From: Guillardia theta CCMP2712
Lineage: Eukaryota; Protista; Cryptophyta
DNA length: 64,000 bases
Assembly: GCF_000315625.1 (NCBI RefSeq)
Contig: NW_005434644.1
Location: 574,998-638,997, forward strand
Direction: 5' to 3'
Positions 12,046 to 24,656 of this stretch are shown piece by piece. Each line of letters begins with the position of its first letter. Position 1 is the stretch's first letter. A program made the translations under genes and the position numbers. The notes under the pieces are model-generated. The model ran no database searches. It had not been told where the DNA came from and was given only the letters and a program-made list of their open reading frames with translations.

Positions 12046-13398
12046 TCACGACTTGTTCTTCGACAAGAACTCGAAGATAGAGGAGAAGTCTTTCTCGCCG
12101 TAGCCCTGGAGGCTCGGAGTCTCACATGGAGCTTGCAAACAGTGACAGGGCAGACTGACCTTGTTGTGCATCACCGTGTACACTTGAGCGACTGCTGACC
12201 CGATCGGTAGTGGCATCTTTGCTGAATTCACGAAGTGAGTGTTAACAGATGGCTCGAAGAATCAAAGCGATTTGGTAAAGGAACAAGGAAAGAAAGGAAA
12301 GGAGAAGGGGCGGGGGAAGGGGGAAGGCAAGGCGGAGTAGGAGAGAGGAGCGGGTAAATCTTCAGAGAGCAGCAGCAGCACAGGATGCAAGGGACAAGTC
12401 CTTACTGTCCGCAGCAGCCTGCAGAGCCAGGAGAAGGTCCTTCAACATCAGATCACTAGCAAACCCTCCCGTGTACCCCCGGCTGGACGGGACGCCTTCC
12501 ATCACTCCGGGGCAGGGGTTGTACGTCTCCGAGGACCAGCAGCGCCCCGAGCTGCTGTTCACCACGGAGGCCAGGACGTGAGGGTCAATGCCCATCTGCC
12601 TGCCGAGGTTGAAGGCCTCGCTGACAGCGCTCATAGAGATGCCGAGGATCAGGTTGTTGCAGATCTTAGCCGCCTGCGTCTTCCTCAGCCTCGTCCGCTC
12701 CCCTTGCTGGCCTCACCTGACCGTTGCCGCTCTTGCCGCAGTGGATGATGTTCTTGCCCATGGCAGAGAGGAGTGGACGGGCTCGCTCTAGCGCTCGCTC
12801 CTCTCCTCCCACCATGAACGTCAGGGTCGCATTCTGCGCTCCTCCCGTGCCACCAGAGACAGGAGCATCAATGAACTCATGCCCAGAGCTGTAGCAGACG
12901 GCTGAAAGCTCGCTTGCGTAGTTTGACTCGATCGTGCTGCAAGGAGGAGCGGGGTGGGGGGCAGGAGAAGCGATCAGAAATCAGGAAGTGGTGCAGAGCG
13001 TAATGGGAAAGGAGGATAAGAGAAAGAAGATACCAAATCAGTAAAAGAACACGGAGGAAACCAACATCTGAACCTGCAGTCGATGTAAAGAACACCCCTT
13101 CTTCTGCTTGCGAGCAGACCCTCGTTGCCACAATACACCTCCTTGACATGGCGGCTCGATGGGAGCATGGTGATCACGGTGTCCGCACTCCCTGCGAGTT
13201 CGGCGGGGCAGCTGACAGACGTTGCTCCTTGCTTGCAGAGCTCATGTACAGCATCGACGTTCAAGTCGAAGACGTTCACTTGATACTTCGATTTCAATAA
13301 GTTAGACGCCATCCTTGCGCCCTAGAACGAGGTCAGCAACTGCAGAGGAGCATCCGAACACTGCAGCCTTCTCTGCCCCCTCTAACCATCCCGAGCAT
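12046..13398 (-). CDS. HIBADH: 3-hydroxyisobutyrate dehydrogenase (N-terminus apparently short)
   Basis: [10 protein letters not shown]...[79 protein letters not shown]. Confidence 0.9.
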
Positions 13399-13719
13399 TA
13401 TGTTCTCTGGCTACTTCCTTCGATAAATAGTCAGCTCGACTACTTCTGAACCTCCACGACGCCCTAGTTGACCTCGCCCATGATGCCCGAGTATCCCCGA
13501 CAACCCCCACAATTTTGCTATAAAGACTGGCTTCATCCACAAGATCTCCCCGCATGTCTGCCGCATGATAACTTCAGGCACATCTTTATCTCGATGTATC
13601 CTCGTATCTTCATGATCCTCCTCCTCCTCCTCCTCCTCCTCCTTACGCGCGCTCTCTCTCTCTCACCATTTTGCCGATGCCTACGAAGCCGATCCTCATT
13701 GCCGCAACTCCCGCAACTT

Positions 13720-14110
13720 GGCTCTACCCCACCACCACTACCATGGTCATAACTGACTACCCGTCCACTCATCAGAGTTCTCTATACTACCCCATTGTTT
13801 AAATGAATATGAACGGGTTCTTGAATTGAATTGACCACCCACCCCCTCAAATTGTGATCACCCTCCATAGAGGCACCCGTTTGCACAAACTTTCGGGCGA
13901 TTTTGGCAAGTAAGGTCTGGTACTAATGTTTACTCAATATTCCCCACCCCCGGTGAATTGCAACTCTCTGGGGTGCAAGTACCCCTACCATATCACCCCT
14001 TCAGATCCAACATGGATCACGGGGTAGGGGTGATAAGTCGGAGGCCACTGGAAAAGGTAGGGGTGTAATACATCAATGGAGGGGGTCGGGGTCATCAGTG
14101 ATGTAAACCA
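13720..14110. promoter_or_regulatory. ACCC/GGGT motif cluster with strand switch and small hairpin, between divergent genes
   Basis: Many tacccc/cacccc words followed by ggggta/ggggtg words; tatcacccct...aggggtgata inverted pair at 13991-14035; function inferred. Confidence 0.4.
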
Positions 14111-14433
14111 GAGACATGGCAGACCGTAGTTGGTTCTGAGGCGGGCTGTAATTCTTCAAGAGTGGTGAACGTTGCACGCCAGCATGTTCAACATGGCGTG
14201 TAAGCAGCAGGTGAGGAGGGGGAGGGCGGCTATCCTAAGTATGCCTTGTCCCCGTTGCGTGTTTGATGGTTTGGAGAAGAATCGTTGTGGATGATCTTCA
14301 GGATGAGTAGTGTGTTGAACACGCCAACAAAGTATTCGCTCTGTACATTGCAAGGTTTTGAAATCGAGAGTTCTCTCATTTATGTTGCCGCAATTGAATT
14401 TCAGTGCTTCAATGAAGCTCGTTCTGTTTTGCC

Positions 14434-17400
14434 ATGCTAACAGCCTGTGATTTATCTCTCGTCTGCCTTGTTGTACAAGCTGTCAATGACTCTCTGACTC
14501 TCTTGCAGGCACTGGCGGATATCTCCAACACGAGGAGCCCGAAGGTGGGGAAACCTTCAGCACAAGGCCGTGGGCGGCCTGACAGCGACGAGACATGTGG
14601 AAACATATCAATCGAGGAAGACGAAACGATCATGGAGACGATTGAGAGTCTCAGGGCGCTTGGCTTCTCCGATGAGGATGTGAGATGGGCAGTGGAAGAA
14701 GCGAAGTCGAAGCTGGAGGCGAAACGCTCGGACGTAACTTGTGACGGGACCTCAAGGGTGGATGAATTGCCGGGGATCGAGGAAGCTATCAGCAGGCTGT
14801 CACTGTCCAGCCATGCCGAGCAGGCAACCCCATCGCGTTCGACGTTGAGGGCAGCGAGGGACACGTCGGAGCCACAGATCGATCGCGTGTTGCCCCTTGT
14901 GTTGCCCGGGTTGAACACTTGGGACATTGCCTTCCTCACCTTCAACGTCAGCACGAGGTGGAGGAAAGTTTCCGATGAATGCTTGAGAGTGTTTCAAAGT
15001 AGCAAGGACGAGGAGGACGAGGATGCTGCTCCTTCACAGCTGAAGAGGATTGATCCACCGTGCTTCGCCGCAAAGTTCCCTTGGGCTCGTTTCCTCGCCC
15101 AAGGAGGCTTCAAGCAAGTGTTTCTTGTATACAATGAGGAGGAAGCAAGGAAGGAAGCTGTCAGGTGCATTAGCGAGCTCTGCTGCTGAACCCGCAAGTG
15201 ATGAATGTTGGCAGCGTCATGGACCTTAGCGGGATGAGAGAGATGGGGAACATGCGGACAGCCGAGGCTGAGGTGTCCGAGCATGCTCGTGCAGGGAGGA
15301 GGTGATGACGTGAAATTTCTTGCTTCCTGCACCATCAGGTCCGACTCGCCTTCCTCCTCTCCAACTTCGTCAGCTCGGGCGTCTCCCCACACTTTGTCCG
15401 GTGAGATAGTATGGGAGGTGGAGGGGGGGTGTAACCTTATGATATTTCAGCACGTTCCAGTTTCTCAGGACGAGTTGTCCTCCTCCCGCTGACTGGGGAT
15501 GCGAGGAGAACCAACAGCCGCAGGTGAGGACTCGAGCAGTCGCTGGTGCCGCTCAGGGAGGCCGCAGGGAAGTCTGTCGAAGTACCTGGAGGGGGGTAGG
15601 AGGGCCCAGCCGCGACGGAGCAGGAAGAAGGTGGCTCACGGCGACTTCCAGTACATCAGGTGGGGAGGAGGTGGACGGCAAGGAGGTTCGCTAAGGTGCT
15701 GGGATGCAAGGATGGAGTTCTGCACGGAAGGAGATCTCGAGCTGGTGGTCCGGCAGCACCCGCACCCTCCCGCCGATGTGACGTCAGCCGTCTCGTGCTC
15801 CTGCTCACCTGGCTGCTGCAGGTCGTCAGAGATCTCTTGCTACAGATGGCCAAGGCCCTGCAGGTGCTCCTACCTCCCGCCTGTTTTCGGCCCCCGATTC
15901 CCCCCCTTCACTCTTTTCCACTCCCTCCTCTCTCCCCGTCACTCTCGCTCTCCCCCTGTCTCCACATTAGACTTCTCACTTTTCCTCCTTCTCCTTTCCT
16001 TTTCCGCTCTTCCTCTGCCGTTCTCTGTCCACATGACTTGTTGTGCAGGTTGTGCAGGAGAAGCTCCACATGCGGCACTACGACGTGAAGCTGCTCAATT
16101 TCTTTGTCACGACACCCCAAGACTCGGACAGGGAGGAGCCAGGAAGGAGGGGCAAGGGAAGCGACTACTGGGCTGTCAACCGGAACCGGGTAAGTCTCAC
16201 TGTCATGTGAGCGCAGGTCTCACCTTGGCACACCCTCAGCTGATCGTGAAGCTGGCGGACTACGGGACAGCAGACATCGACGAGGAGAGGATGGGGGAGA
16301 GCATGACAGAGAGGTGGAGGAGGGAGGAGGGAGGGAGGGGCCATGACGATGCAGCAGACAAGTCACTACCTGGGAGAATGTCCTCCCGGAGTTCTTGATC
16401 TTTGGCAGCAGAGCGCGCCAGGTAAAGGAATGGTGAAAGTGAAGAGGTCATGGGAACCGGGAGCACAGGAAGAGTATGTGAAAGAGATGGAAGAGGGGTG
16501 TGGAGGGAGGGACGGAAGGGGGTGGTCACAAGGTTGATTGGAGTTCCAGGACTTTTCCTCTGATGTCCATGGGCTCGGACTTTGTCTGCTCCATCTTGTC
16601 ACAGGAGAAGTTCCGTACGAGGAGATGGTGATCCTTTCCCCCCATCCTTCCTCCCATCTTCTTCTCTCCCTCCTTCCTTCCACCTTCCTCTCTCCCTCTC
16701 ATAGTTTGGTCCCTTCCCCCTTCCTCCCAAACCCTTCCTGCTTGTGATAGGAAACGTTTCTAGCTGGAGGAGCTGTGCTGCCCGCCCGAGCTTGCCGGCA
16801 AGCTCCGCAGCGCGTGGGGAGCAAGCAGGAGGGGAGGGAAGAGCGCAGGGGAGACGATTGACTACAGGTGGAGGACGCGGACATGGACGGGCAGGCAGGG
16901 TGACATGCACTTGGCAGCGAGGTGAAGAAACTCTTGGACCAGAGCGACGAAGACGACAACTTGCTGGTCGACACTCTGTACAGAAACCTCGTGCTCTTTG
17001 GGGAGCAGTTGGTCGCCAAGGTGACCTGCCGTGTTCAAGGCGCCGCACGGGCTAACCTCTTCCTCCTCCTCCTCCTCCTCCTCCTCCTCCTCCTCCTGGT
17101 TCTCCTGATCCTCCTCCTGCAGAAGCACACGGAGAAAGATGGCCCTGTGCTCAAGACTCTGAGGTCTGAGAATGGCTCTACCTGCCCTTCCGCTCGTTGA
17201 CTGCTAGCAGGACCTTCTTGAACGGGCCGGGGAAGAAGAGGAAAGATCCTGTCACCTCCTCCTCTGCTGACGTGCAACTGCCCTCTCAGGTGGGCGAGCG
17301 ACGTAGAGCAATTCTCGATCTTGTCAGAGAGCAAGAAGAAGAGTACAGCGATCCAACGAGCCCAGCAGGTTCCCTTGTTGGGAGAGGAGCGTGCAGCCTA

Positions 17401-17592
17401 CTGATGCCGCACCCACTGCAGGTTCTTCGGACGATTCCATCAGGGGAGGAAATCCTGTCTCGCCTCGTCGTCCTCGGTGCTGGGAGCGGTGCTGGTGGAT
17501 GCGATGCCAGGGATGATTCTGTTGCCGCAGATGGGAAGGAGAGAATGACTGTCCGTGAGTTGACCCAAGTCCTCTCAGGGACCAGCAGCTGA
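14434..17592 (+). CDS. Ser/Thr protein kinase (non-RD), with possible UBA-like N-terminal segment
   Basis: FLAQGGFKQVFLV, YIRMEFCTEGDLE, MRHYDVKLLNFFV, VKLADYGTA, PPEFLI, SDVHGLGLCLLHLVTGEVPY; IESLRALGFSDEDVRWAV upstream; start uncertain. Confidence 0.8.
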
Positions 17593-17640
17593 TGTCGTTC
17601 GACTGTCCTTCTTGTATTCAAACGTGTAAAGTCGCAAACC

Positions 17641-19582
17641 TCATCTAGCTCCTCGCCTCTCAGTTGCCCGAACTCCAAGGGGGGATGTGCGGAGGCATGC
17701 GAGGATCGTTCTCCTTCAGCTTCTCCGGCTGCACAACATGCCGGCTTCAGCTCACGTCAACAATGCAGAGGTCGTCAACCTTGAAGTCGTCTGCCATGGA
17801 GAACTCGGAGATGATGCTTGCGTTGTACTGCGGCACCTCTGAGAACCGCCTGCTGCGTATCAAATTCGATTACCTGAGGATACGCCCTGCAGAGTCTTCG
17901 TGCCCTCCACCTGCGCAGGGCATTCAGTCTCAGGGATGGCGACGAGGGACGAGACTTACTGTTGCAGGGCTCCTGTGTAGGGCTTGGCTCCGAGGTTGAT
18001 CATCTGGTTTCTGGCAAACTATCCGGGCGTCAGCCACAAGGACGCCTCAGGAGGGTCGAGACCTGAAGACAGAGCAGGACGAAAGAGACTGTCCCCAGCA
18101 CGGGCTCGTTCCAACCCCAAGTCCTTCACACAAACAAAGTGAAAGATCTGTTTTCCAGATGCCCACGAGTCATACCAAGATCCCACTTCTAACCATGTCT
18201 CTAAGTCCTTGGCATCCGCCACCTCCGTAGTGACGAATTGCTGCAATCACAAGTCAGTAGCAAAGGACTCGCGAGCGCGTGACATCACCTCATTGAACCA
18301 CAACGCAGTGTTGAGGTCGAAAACCATCGGAACGGAGATCAAACCAGCTGCTACACTGACCACGATTCCTTCGTTCCAAACATGTCAGCGTCGAGCCGTT
18401 AACAGTTCTGTCAACCCGTCTTGTAAGGCATGGTGAACAAGCCGAGACCACGTGAGTTCGACTCCTCAATCTCGAACAGGCGCTGATGTGCATCATCCCA
18501 AGTGACCTGCAGTATGTTCACCTTGAAGCCAGTGTTGGTTCGGGGAGTGACCTTGTCCACAGCCATGATCTCTCTGAGCAACCTCTCCTTGCATGCTGCA
18601 GAATCTCCCTTCGCTCATGGTCATGATCGCATTGAGCATGTATAACAGCAGTTCGCATCTACCTTGGACGTGAAAATCAAGAGCTGCTCATTGGTCATCT
18701 CATAATATGCTCGTGGCTGCGCCTGATGAAATTGGTTCAACCACAACCCAGACAAGACGCCTTGTCGTCCAAAATAGGGCAGCTCACCTTTGCCACCTCC
18801 ATAGGACATCCAATGTCTTCTGAATTGCTCTGAGAGGAGCTGAATGGCCGTCTTTGGATGCACGTAAACTGGAGAATCAAAGCCCTCGGCTGAACCTATC
18901 GGGTGCACTTCAGCTAAATCTAACAATGCAAGACTGCAAACAACTTTGTATTGTTGGGAAACAGCATGGAAGTGCAATGATCGCTGCAGCTGCAGCAAAG
19001 ATGTCCATGTCAATGAGACAACATCAAACCATAGAGAGCCTAACCACGCCAGGGGCAGAGAAGGTGAGTGCCCTGGAAGTTGACAGGATTGACTGCGGTT
19101 AAAGTCAATTTTTTAGTACAGAGTCAGAATTGAACAGCAGTGAAATGGTTACATAAATACAAACAACATCACCCCATCAAGCAAGCTTAGAGACGATTTC
19201 AACCATATGACACAACCTCAATCTTGTAGAATCTCAAGCAGGCAAGGCTCAGGACGAGTAAAGAAAGAGAATTGATCACGAGACAGGAAAGCAGAATCAC
19301 AGGGCAGAACAGGAGGAACTAGAGGATCATGTGACAAGGGAAGGGAAGGTACGGAGCGATGCGAAAGATGAGTAATGAAGAAAAAGCTCTCAGGAAGCTG
19401 AAGTGGGCTGGCGATGTAGCCAAGGTGATGGAAGTGTGAAAGAGTTGTAAGAGCAAGAACACGGAAGGCAAGGATGAGGAATGAGAACGACGTGGGATTC
19501 TGATTCATGGAAGATACACAGAGGAGGGGATTCGTCTTGCCTTAGCCGCAGGAAGCAGCCGCTGCACCCGCTGCGCCAGCAT
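17641..19582 (-). CDS. Hypothetical membrane protein with mitochondrial-type presequence
   Basis: MLAQRVQRLLPAAK|SILSTSRALTFSAPGV|LQRSLHF leader (basic, no acidic residues); YYEMTNEQLL, ACKERLLREIMAVDK, hydrophobic segments, DLETWLEVGSW, EPVLGTVSFVLLCLQ. Confidence 0.65.
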
Positions 19583-19599
19583 GGGCGCTGGTTTACTAA

Positions 19600-20280
19600 G
19601 TTTGAAAGCCACCGGTGGTGGGCCCAGTTCATCAAGAGTGGGTAGGGTTCTTGTTGTAGTAATGGAAATCCCAGGGTGGGTGCGGGCAATGTTCAGAAAG
19701 AGGGGTACTGTAGATACCAAAATAATGTTCATAGCGGGGGTCCTTTGGTATCAAGAACCTTGAAGGGGTAGGAGAGTTTGATACAGGGGGTAAGGGTTAT
19801 TGGGGAGGGGGTAGGCGATCTATATGTCGAAGTCGTGGTACTGATGGAAAAACAAAATACACTCTTTAAAACAAATTCATTACGATATTGGAATAAAATA
19901 TTATATAGGCGCATTTTATGCATTTTTGTACTGTCAAAAGTATATTCCAGTGCTTTATGGAATTTATTATTATTATTATTATTAATCTTTTATTTTTCAG
20001 TGAGCTCGGGACCAGTTCAAGTCGGGCCACGCGGGCGGGCTGCCGGGGCCGGGAGGCTGAAATTACAGGTACCCCTGGTCTACAGGGTTCATACAGTGGT
20101 ACACCCACCCTCAGATTCTGTGGGTGTCCGATATTTTGATCACCCGTCATTTGTACTACTCTCACCCCATCTATTACCCTCAAACAAAATTCACTGTGTT
20201 GTTTATACCCCTCCTTTTCCATCGATTTGTGAGTACTACCCGTCATATAAGTACCCACCCGAATTTACACACCCTGACTG
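19600..20280. promoter_or_regulatory. Candidate bidirectional promoter: GGGT cluster / AT-rich core / ACCC cluster
   Basis: GGGT words at 19610-19815, AT-rich 19850-20000, ACCC words at 20070-20275; lies between divergent ATGs at 19582 and 20325. Confidence 0.45.
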
Positions 20281-20324
20281 TAGCTTGCGCCCCTGTCCTG
20301 GAGACCTTTCGCTCCCTTTGCTCA

Positions 20325-23081
20325 ATGGCGCCAAGTCGCCAAACTATGACCATGCTAGCGCTGGGAGGTGTTCCCGCAATCATCATCTTCATCTTTCGAC
20401 TTCTTCAGGCGATCAAGGTCTCTCGAAAACGAAAGGACCTTGAGGAGAAAGCGCACAAGCGGAGGAACGAATCGATGCAACAGATTGAAAAAGTAGTTGC
20501 ACTGTCCAAAGAAGGATCCAATGATGAGCCGGGCGATGCTGTCACCAACATAGCGTACAAAGACTTGAAAGAAAAACTCGAAACAGGACAGCTCGCAGCT
20601 TATGATGTTGTGAACGCCTATCGAAGAAAGGCCGCTTCATTGCACAAAGAATTGAATTGCCTCACCGGATTCATTGAAGGTGCGCTTGAACAAGCAAAGG
20701 TAAATCCAACAGTTGCAAACTGTTGACATTCACCGACCTAACTTCAAATTCTCAGACTTTAGATTCCCTAAGAACCTCAGGCCAGTTGAAAGGCGTTCTT
20801 CATGGCATTCCTGTCAGCGTGAAGGAGACGATCCTTCTCAAGGTAAGATGGATGCTTTCCTTGGCGGTAGTTGATGGAGATGGCGAGCAGGGTTACGACA
20901 GTACAGCAGGTATAGCAAAACGATGTGGAATACTTTCAGAGGAAGACAGCGTCGCCATTGCTGCAATCAAGGTATCCTTATACAAACTTTGTCTATCCTA
21001 CATAGAACTTGCAATGAAGAAACTTATTCAATGTTCTTTGTTATGTCTTCAGGAAGCCGGAGGCGTTCCATTTTGTAGGACTAATATTCCTCAGACCAAC
21101 TTGTCCTACGGATGCAGGTCGTTTGTCGCATTTCCTGCCTTATTCTAGTTTCACATTTTGAGCAGCAACCCAATCTACGGAGCTACATGCAACCCCTTTA
21201 AGAAGGACAGAACATCTGGAGGATCTTCAGGGGGTGAAGCAGCCTTGATCTGTTGTGGGGGTTCAGTCCTGGGCATGGGTACCGACATAGGGGGGAGCAT
21301 TCGTGTTCCTGCAGCATTTTGTGGCATTTGTGGTTTCAAGCCATTTTCTGGGTCGCGCATCGTGTTATTTGAGTGTGAATCTCATACTGCATTGCCTCGC
21401 AGGAGAATATCTCGGAGAGGATCTTTTTCTGTTCTTCCTGGGCAGACAGGAGTAGCAGCTTCCTTTGGGCCTATGGCAAAGGAAGTAGATACAATTGCAG
21501 CAGCAATGTCAGCGTTGGTTACCTATTCGAACAAGTATGATACATTCGTGGTAAGAGATCGTGTTCGAATCATACGACTCAGTTGCCTGATTTTTGCCAA
21601 GGCTCCAATCCCATGGAGCTGGGATACATACAATGCTAGCTCAAAGCTCAGAATCGGATACTATGTCGCGGATGGCTTCATAGCCTCAACTCCTGGTGAG
21701 TTTGCTCCCGCACCGACATCCCAGTCATACAGAGAGGCAGCGTGTGCTCGGGCGGTCAGGGAGGCTTGTCATGCGATGAGAGCTCGCGGACATCAGATTA
21801 TCCCCTTTAAACCACCTCATGCTATCAAGGTATCGTGATTTCATGTTTCAGTTCGATAAGCGCTGAGAAGTATACCAGTGCTTGTTACTTTTTATCAAGT
21901 TGTTGACTGCTGATGGAGGGAAATCCGTACGAGTTGGCATCTATTTCACTACTCTATTGACAGAATGTCTTGTTTAGGTCTTCGAACTTCTCCAAAACGA
22001 GACAGTAAGAACCGATGACTCCCAACCCCCCCCCCCCCCTTCCCAGCCCCCCTCCCCCTGCGATTCATTTCGATTAATACAGGTAGATGGAAGTTTAAGA
22101 GCCTTCGTAGAAGGGGTGAGAGTGTCTGGATCATTCTGGACTGGAAAACTGCTGCCAAAAGCTCTAAGGAGACAAGGGAAGAAGCGAGTTGCGGATCTGC
22201 TGGAGTCGCAAGGAATATGCTCGACAGATGAGCTTTGGAAAGCGCAGGTACATGTACTTGCTTGAAAGTTTCCCGTTCACTCTTTGTCGTCCAGTCTGAG
22301 CGGATTCGGTTGCAAGCCATTTGGGAAAAGGCATTCAAAGAGGCCGGCAAGTTGTTGCATATGAGATCGTAAGGCTCCTTATGCTGCCATCAGGAGTCGA
22401 CGTCTTGATATGTCCTTCACATACGATGCTTGCGCCCAAGCCGAATGTGGTGGCATCATCTGGTGAATACACAGGGAAATAGATGAAATGTGAATTGAAT
22501 TTCCACATAGGGATTACTTTGTGCTATACGCAGATTTTCAACTTTCTCGATTTTCCAGCAGGTGAGCATGCTCATCTTGCATGCCACTAATGTACAATGA
22601 ACATCCTTTGCCTAGGAACTGTTCCAGTTGGTACTGCCAATACAGAAGACGAACTGGCAATGGAGGTCAGTACAAGAGATCAGTACGTCAACCGTGAATC
22701 GATGCGGGTGTTCACAGGACTGGCCACACAATACGTTGAAGGAGCAGTTCGGCGATGACTTGCAGAGGATGATTGATTCTAACTTGTGAGATCGCGAATG
22801 TGATGTTCTGATTTGAATGACGTGTTTCGGTATGTCAGGGTATACGGTGAACAGCATGATGCGGTGGAGGCAATCGTTCGTTCTAACTGTCAAGGCATTG
22901 TTGGTCTTCCCACGGCCGTGCAGGTCAGGAGCGTTCCCGTGTGGGTTTCATCCGTCATGCTGATTTTTGCTGCTGGAACTGGCAGTGTGTCACCTTGCCA
23001 TGGAAGGAAGAACTCTGCCTACGAGCCATGCGAGAAATTCAATCGGCTCTTGGCAAAAATGTGCCGACACCTTGCTTGTAA
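20325..23081 (+). CDS. Fatty acid amide hydrolase-like amidase (amidase signature family)
   Basis: N-terminal TM; LHGIPVSVKE, PFCRTNIPQ, NPIYGATCNP, TSGGSSGGEAALI, GTDIGGSIRVPAAFCGICGFKP, GLPTAVQ, WKEELCLRAM. Confidence 0.92.
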
Positions 23082-23094
23082 CTTCACTTTGCCG

Positions 23095-24150
23095 CGCAGC
23101 CTACGGAGCGCCGGGCGGGGCCTGCCAAATGTGAACTTACCCGCTGCCAGCTGACCGTGGGTAGTGCCGAGCCGCATCGGCCAGTAAACTTCATTATGTG
23201 GCGAGTCGGTACCATACTAGCCTCGCTTCAACTTGCCAGTGCCGTGATCATGCCAGCGACACACCGGCGTGAATAAACGTGCTGCCAGTCACCGAATACG
23301 GTCCGTCTCATCATGATGGTGCCGTACGCGGTAGCAGCCACTGCTGATACGGCGTGCATGAGCCGCCTGAGCGGATACTAAATCGCCACCGACTCATCAA
23401 TGACCACAAAGTCATCCTACTCCATAGTGCTAGGAATCGTCACTACCGTCGAGTCGACTCGAACTTTTCACGACAGGGGGGGACCTGATACCATGAACGG
23501 GACCCTTGAAAGCCGAAATCACTGAATCAACCGTTTCGAAATGCCAGTTTGGAACAATTGGGAACGATCCGACATTCCTCAGTACCTCGAACTTCAAACC
23601 AGCGGCGGCGACAATCATGTGAGCCTCCGGCTGCCGGCCGCTGAGTTCCGAGTATCAGTGGTTCAGTGGGCAACACGGTAGGCGGGATGAGGGTTCCGAG
23701 TTCAGTTGTTTGTATGGCCTGTGCGACCGAAAGTGCCTCGGATCGGAAAGAGTCTTGAGTCAGTTTTGCTCTGCCACCGATTGTCCTCTGTCGGATTCTG
23801 AAAGTTTTGACTTAACTTTGAGTAAAGCGTTTTCAACCCGGTGCTGCCATCCGGGCCGACCGCCCGGCCGCCGATCGGATCATCGATCGGATCATGGCCG
23901 CTCAGGGTGCCGGCCCGGGGCGACAATCGGAACTCCGGCCCCCGGGGAGTCCGCCGCCTCAACGAGGGCCCCCGCGCCGGTTGCCCTTTACTCCGGGTAT
24001 CATCGTGACCGTCGGACTGAGGCCGGGCTCCATCACCGTCGTCGGACTCGGAGTCAGACTCGAGTCACGAGGTCGCAATTAGACTCAGTCCTCGGACTCC
24101 ACTAGCCTAGTAGCCGAAGACGCTTTAAGATGATCAAGTACCGGAGGCCC
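23095..24150. other. Long GC-rich CCGG/GACTC intergenic island
   Basis: No credible ORF; repeated gtcggact/gactcag/ccgatcggatc words and dense ccgg/ggcc. Confidence 0.55.
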
Positions 24151-24304
24151 GAGAGGCTTTACAATCCATGATCCCCTGAAACTTCTTGGGTCGAAGCGTT
24201 GCAAGATTAGACCTCCGCATCTCCCTCGTTTATAATCTTGTACGCGCGCTCCTTATATCATAATACGGTCTCGCTCCTCTCCTCCGCATCTCCTGAACCA
24301 TGCC

Positions 24305-24656
24305 ATGCTGTTCGGTGACCTTCGTCGACCTCGGCCTCTCTCGCGCCCTCCCCTCCTCCAGTCCCCGTCCTTCTCTCAAGCTCTCCCCAGCACAGCGGGC
24401 ATTCGTCGACGCCAACAAGCCCTCCGACGGCAGGAGAGCGACTGAGCTCCCGGCAGGAGCAGTGCGAGTGGAGTCGCGGGGTGAGGAGCTGATTGCGGCA
24501 GTGCTGGAGGCGAAGAAGCGGGGAGTGCGACTACAGGAGAGCAGCAGGAAGCAGGGGATGCTCAAGAGAAGGACGTGGTTGCTGGACGGCGGGGATAGCT
24601 CACCGGGGGGATCCTTCAAGGACGTTACAGCAGCAGCAGGATCGTGGAGGGATTGA
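24305..24656 (+). CDS. Small orphan gene, copy 1 (splicing uncertain)
   Basis: ATG 24305, probable pyrimidine-rich intron 24315-24390 gives MLFAQRAFVDANKPSDGRRATELPAGA...; an alternative frame ends at 24717. Confidence 0.4.
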
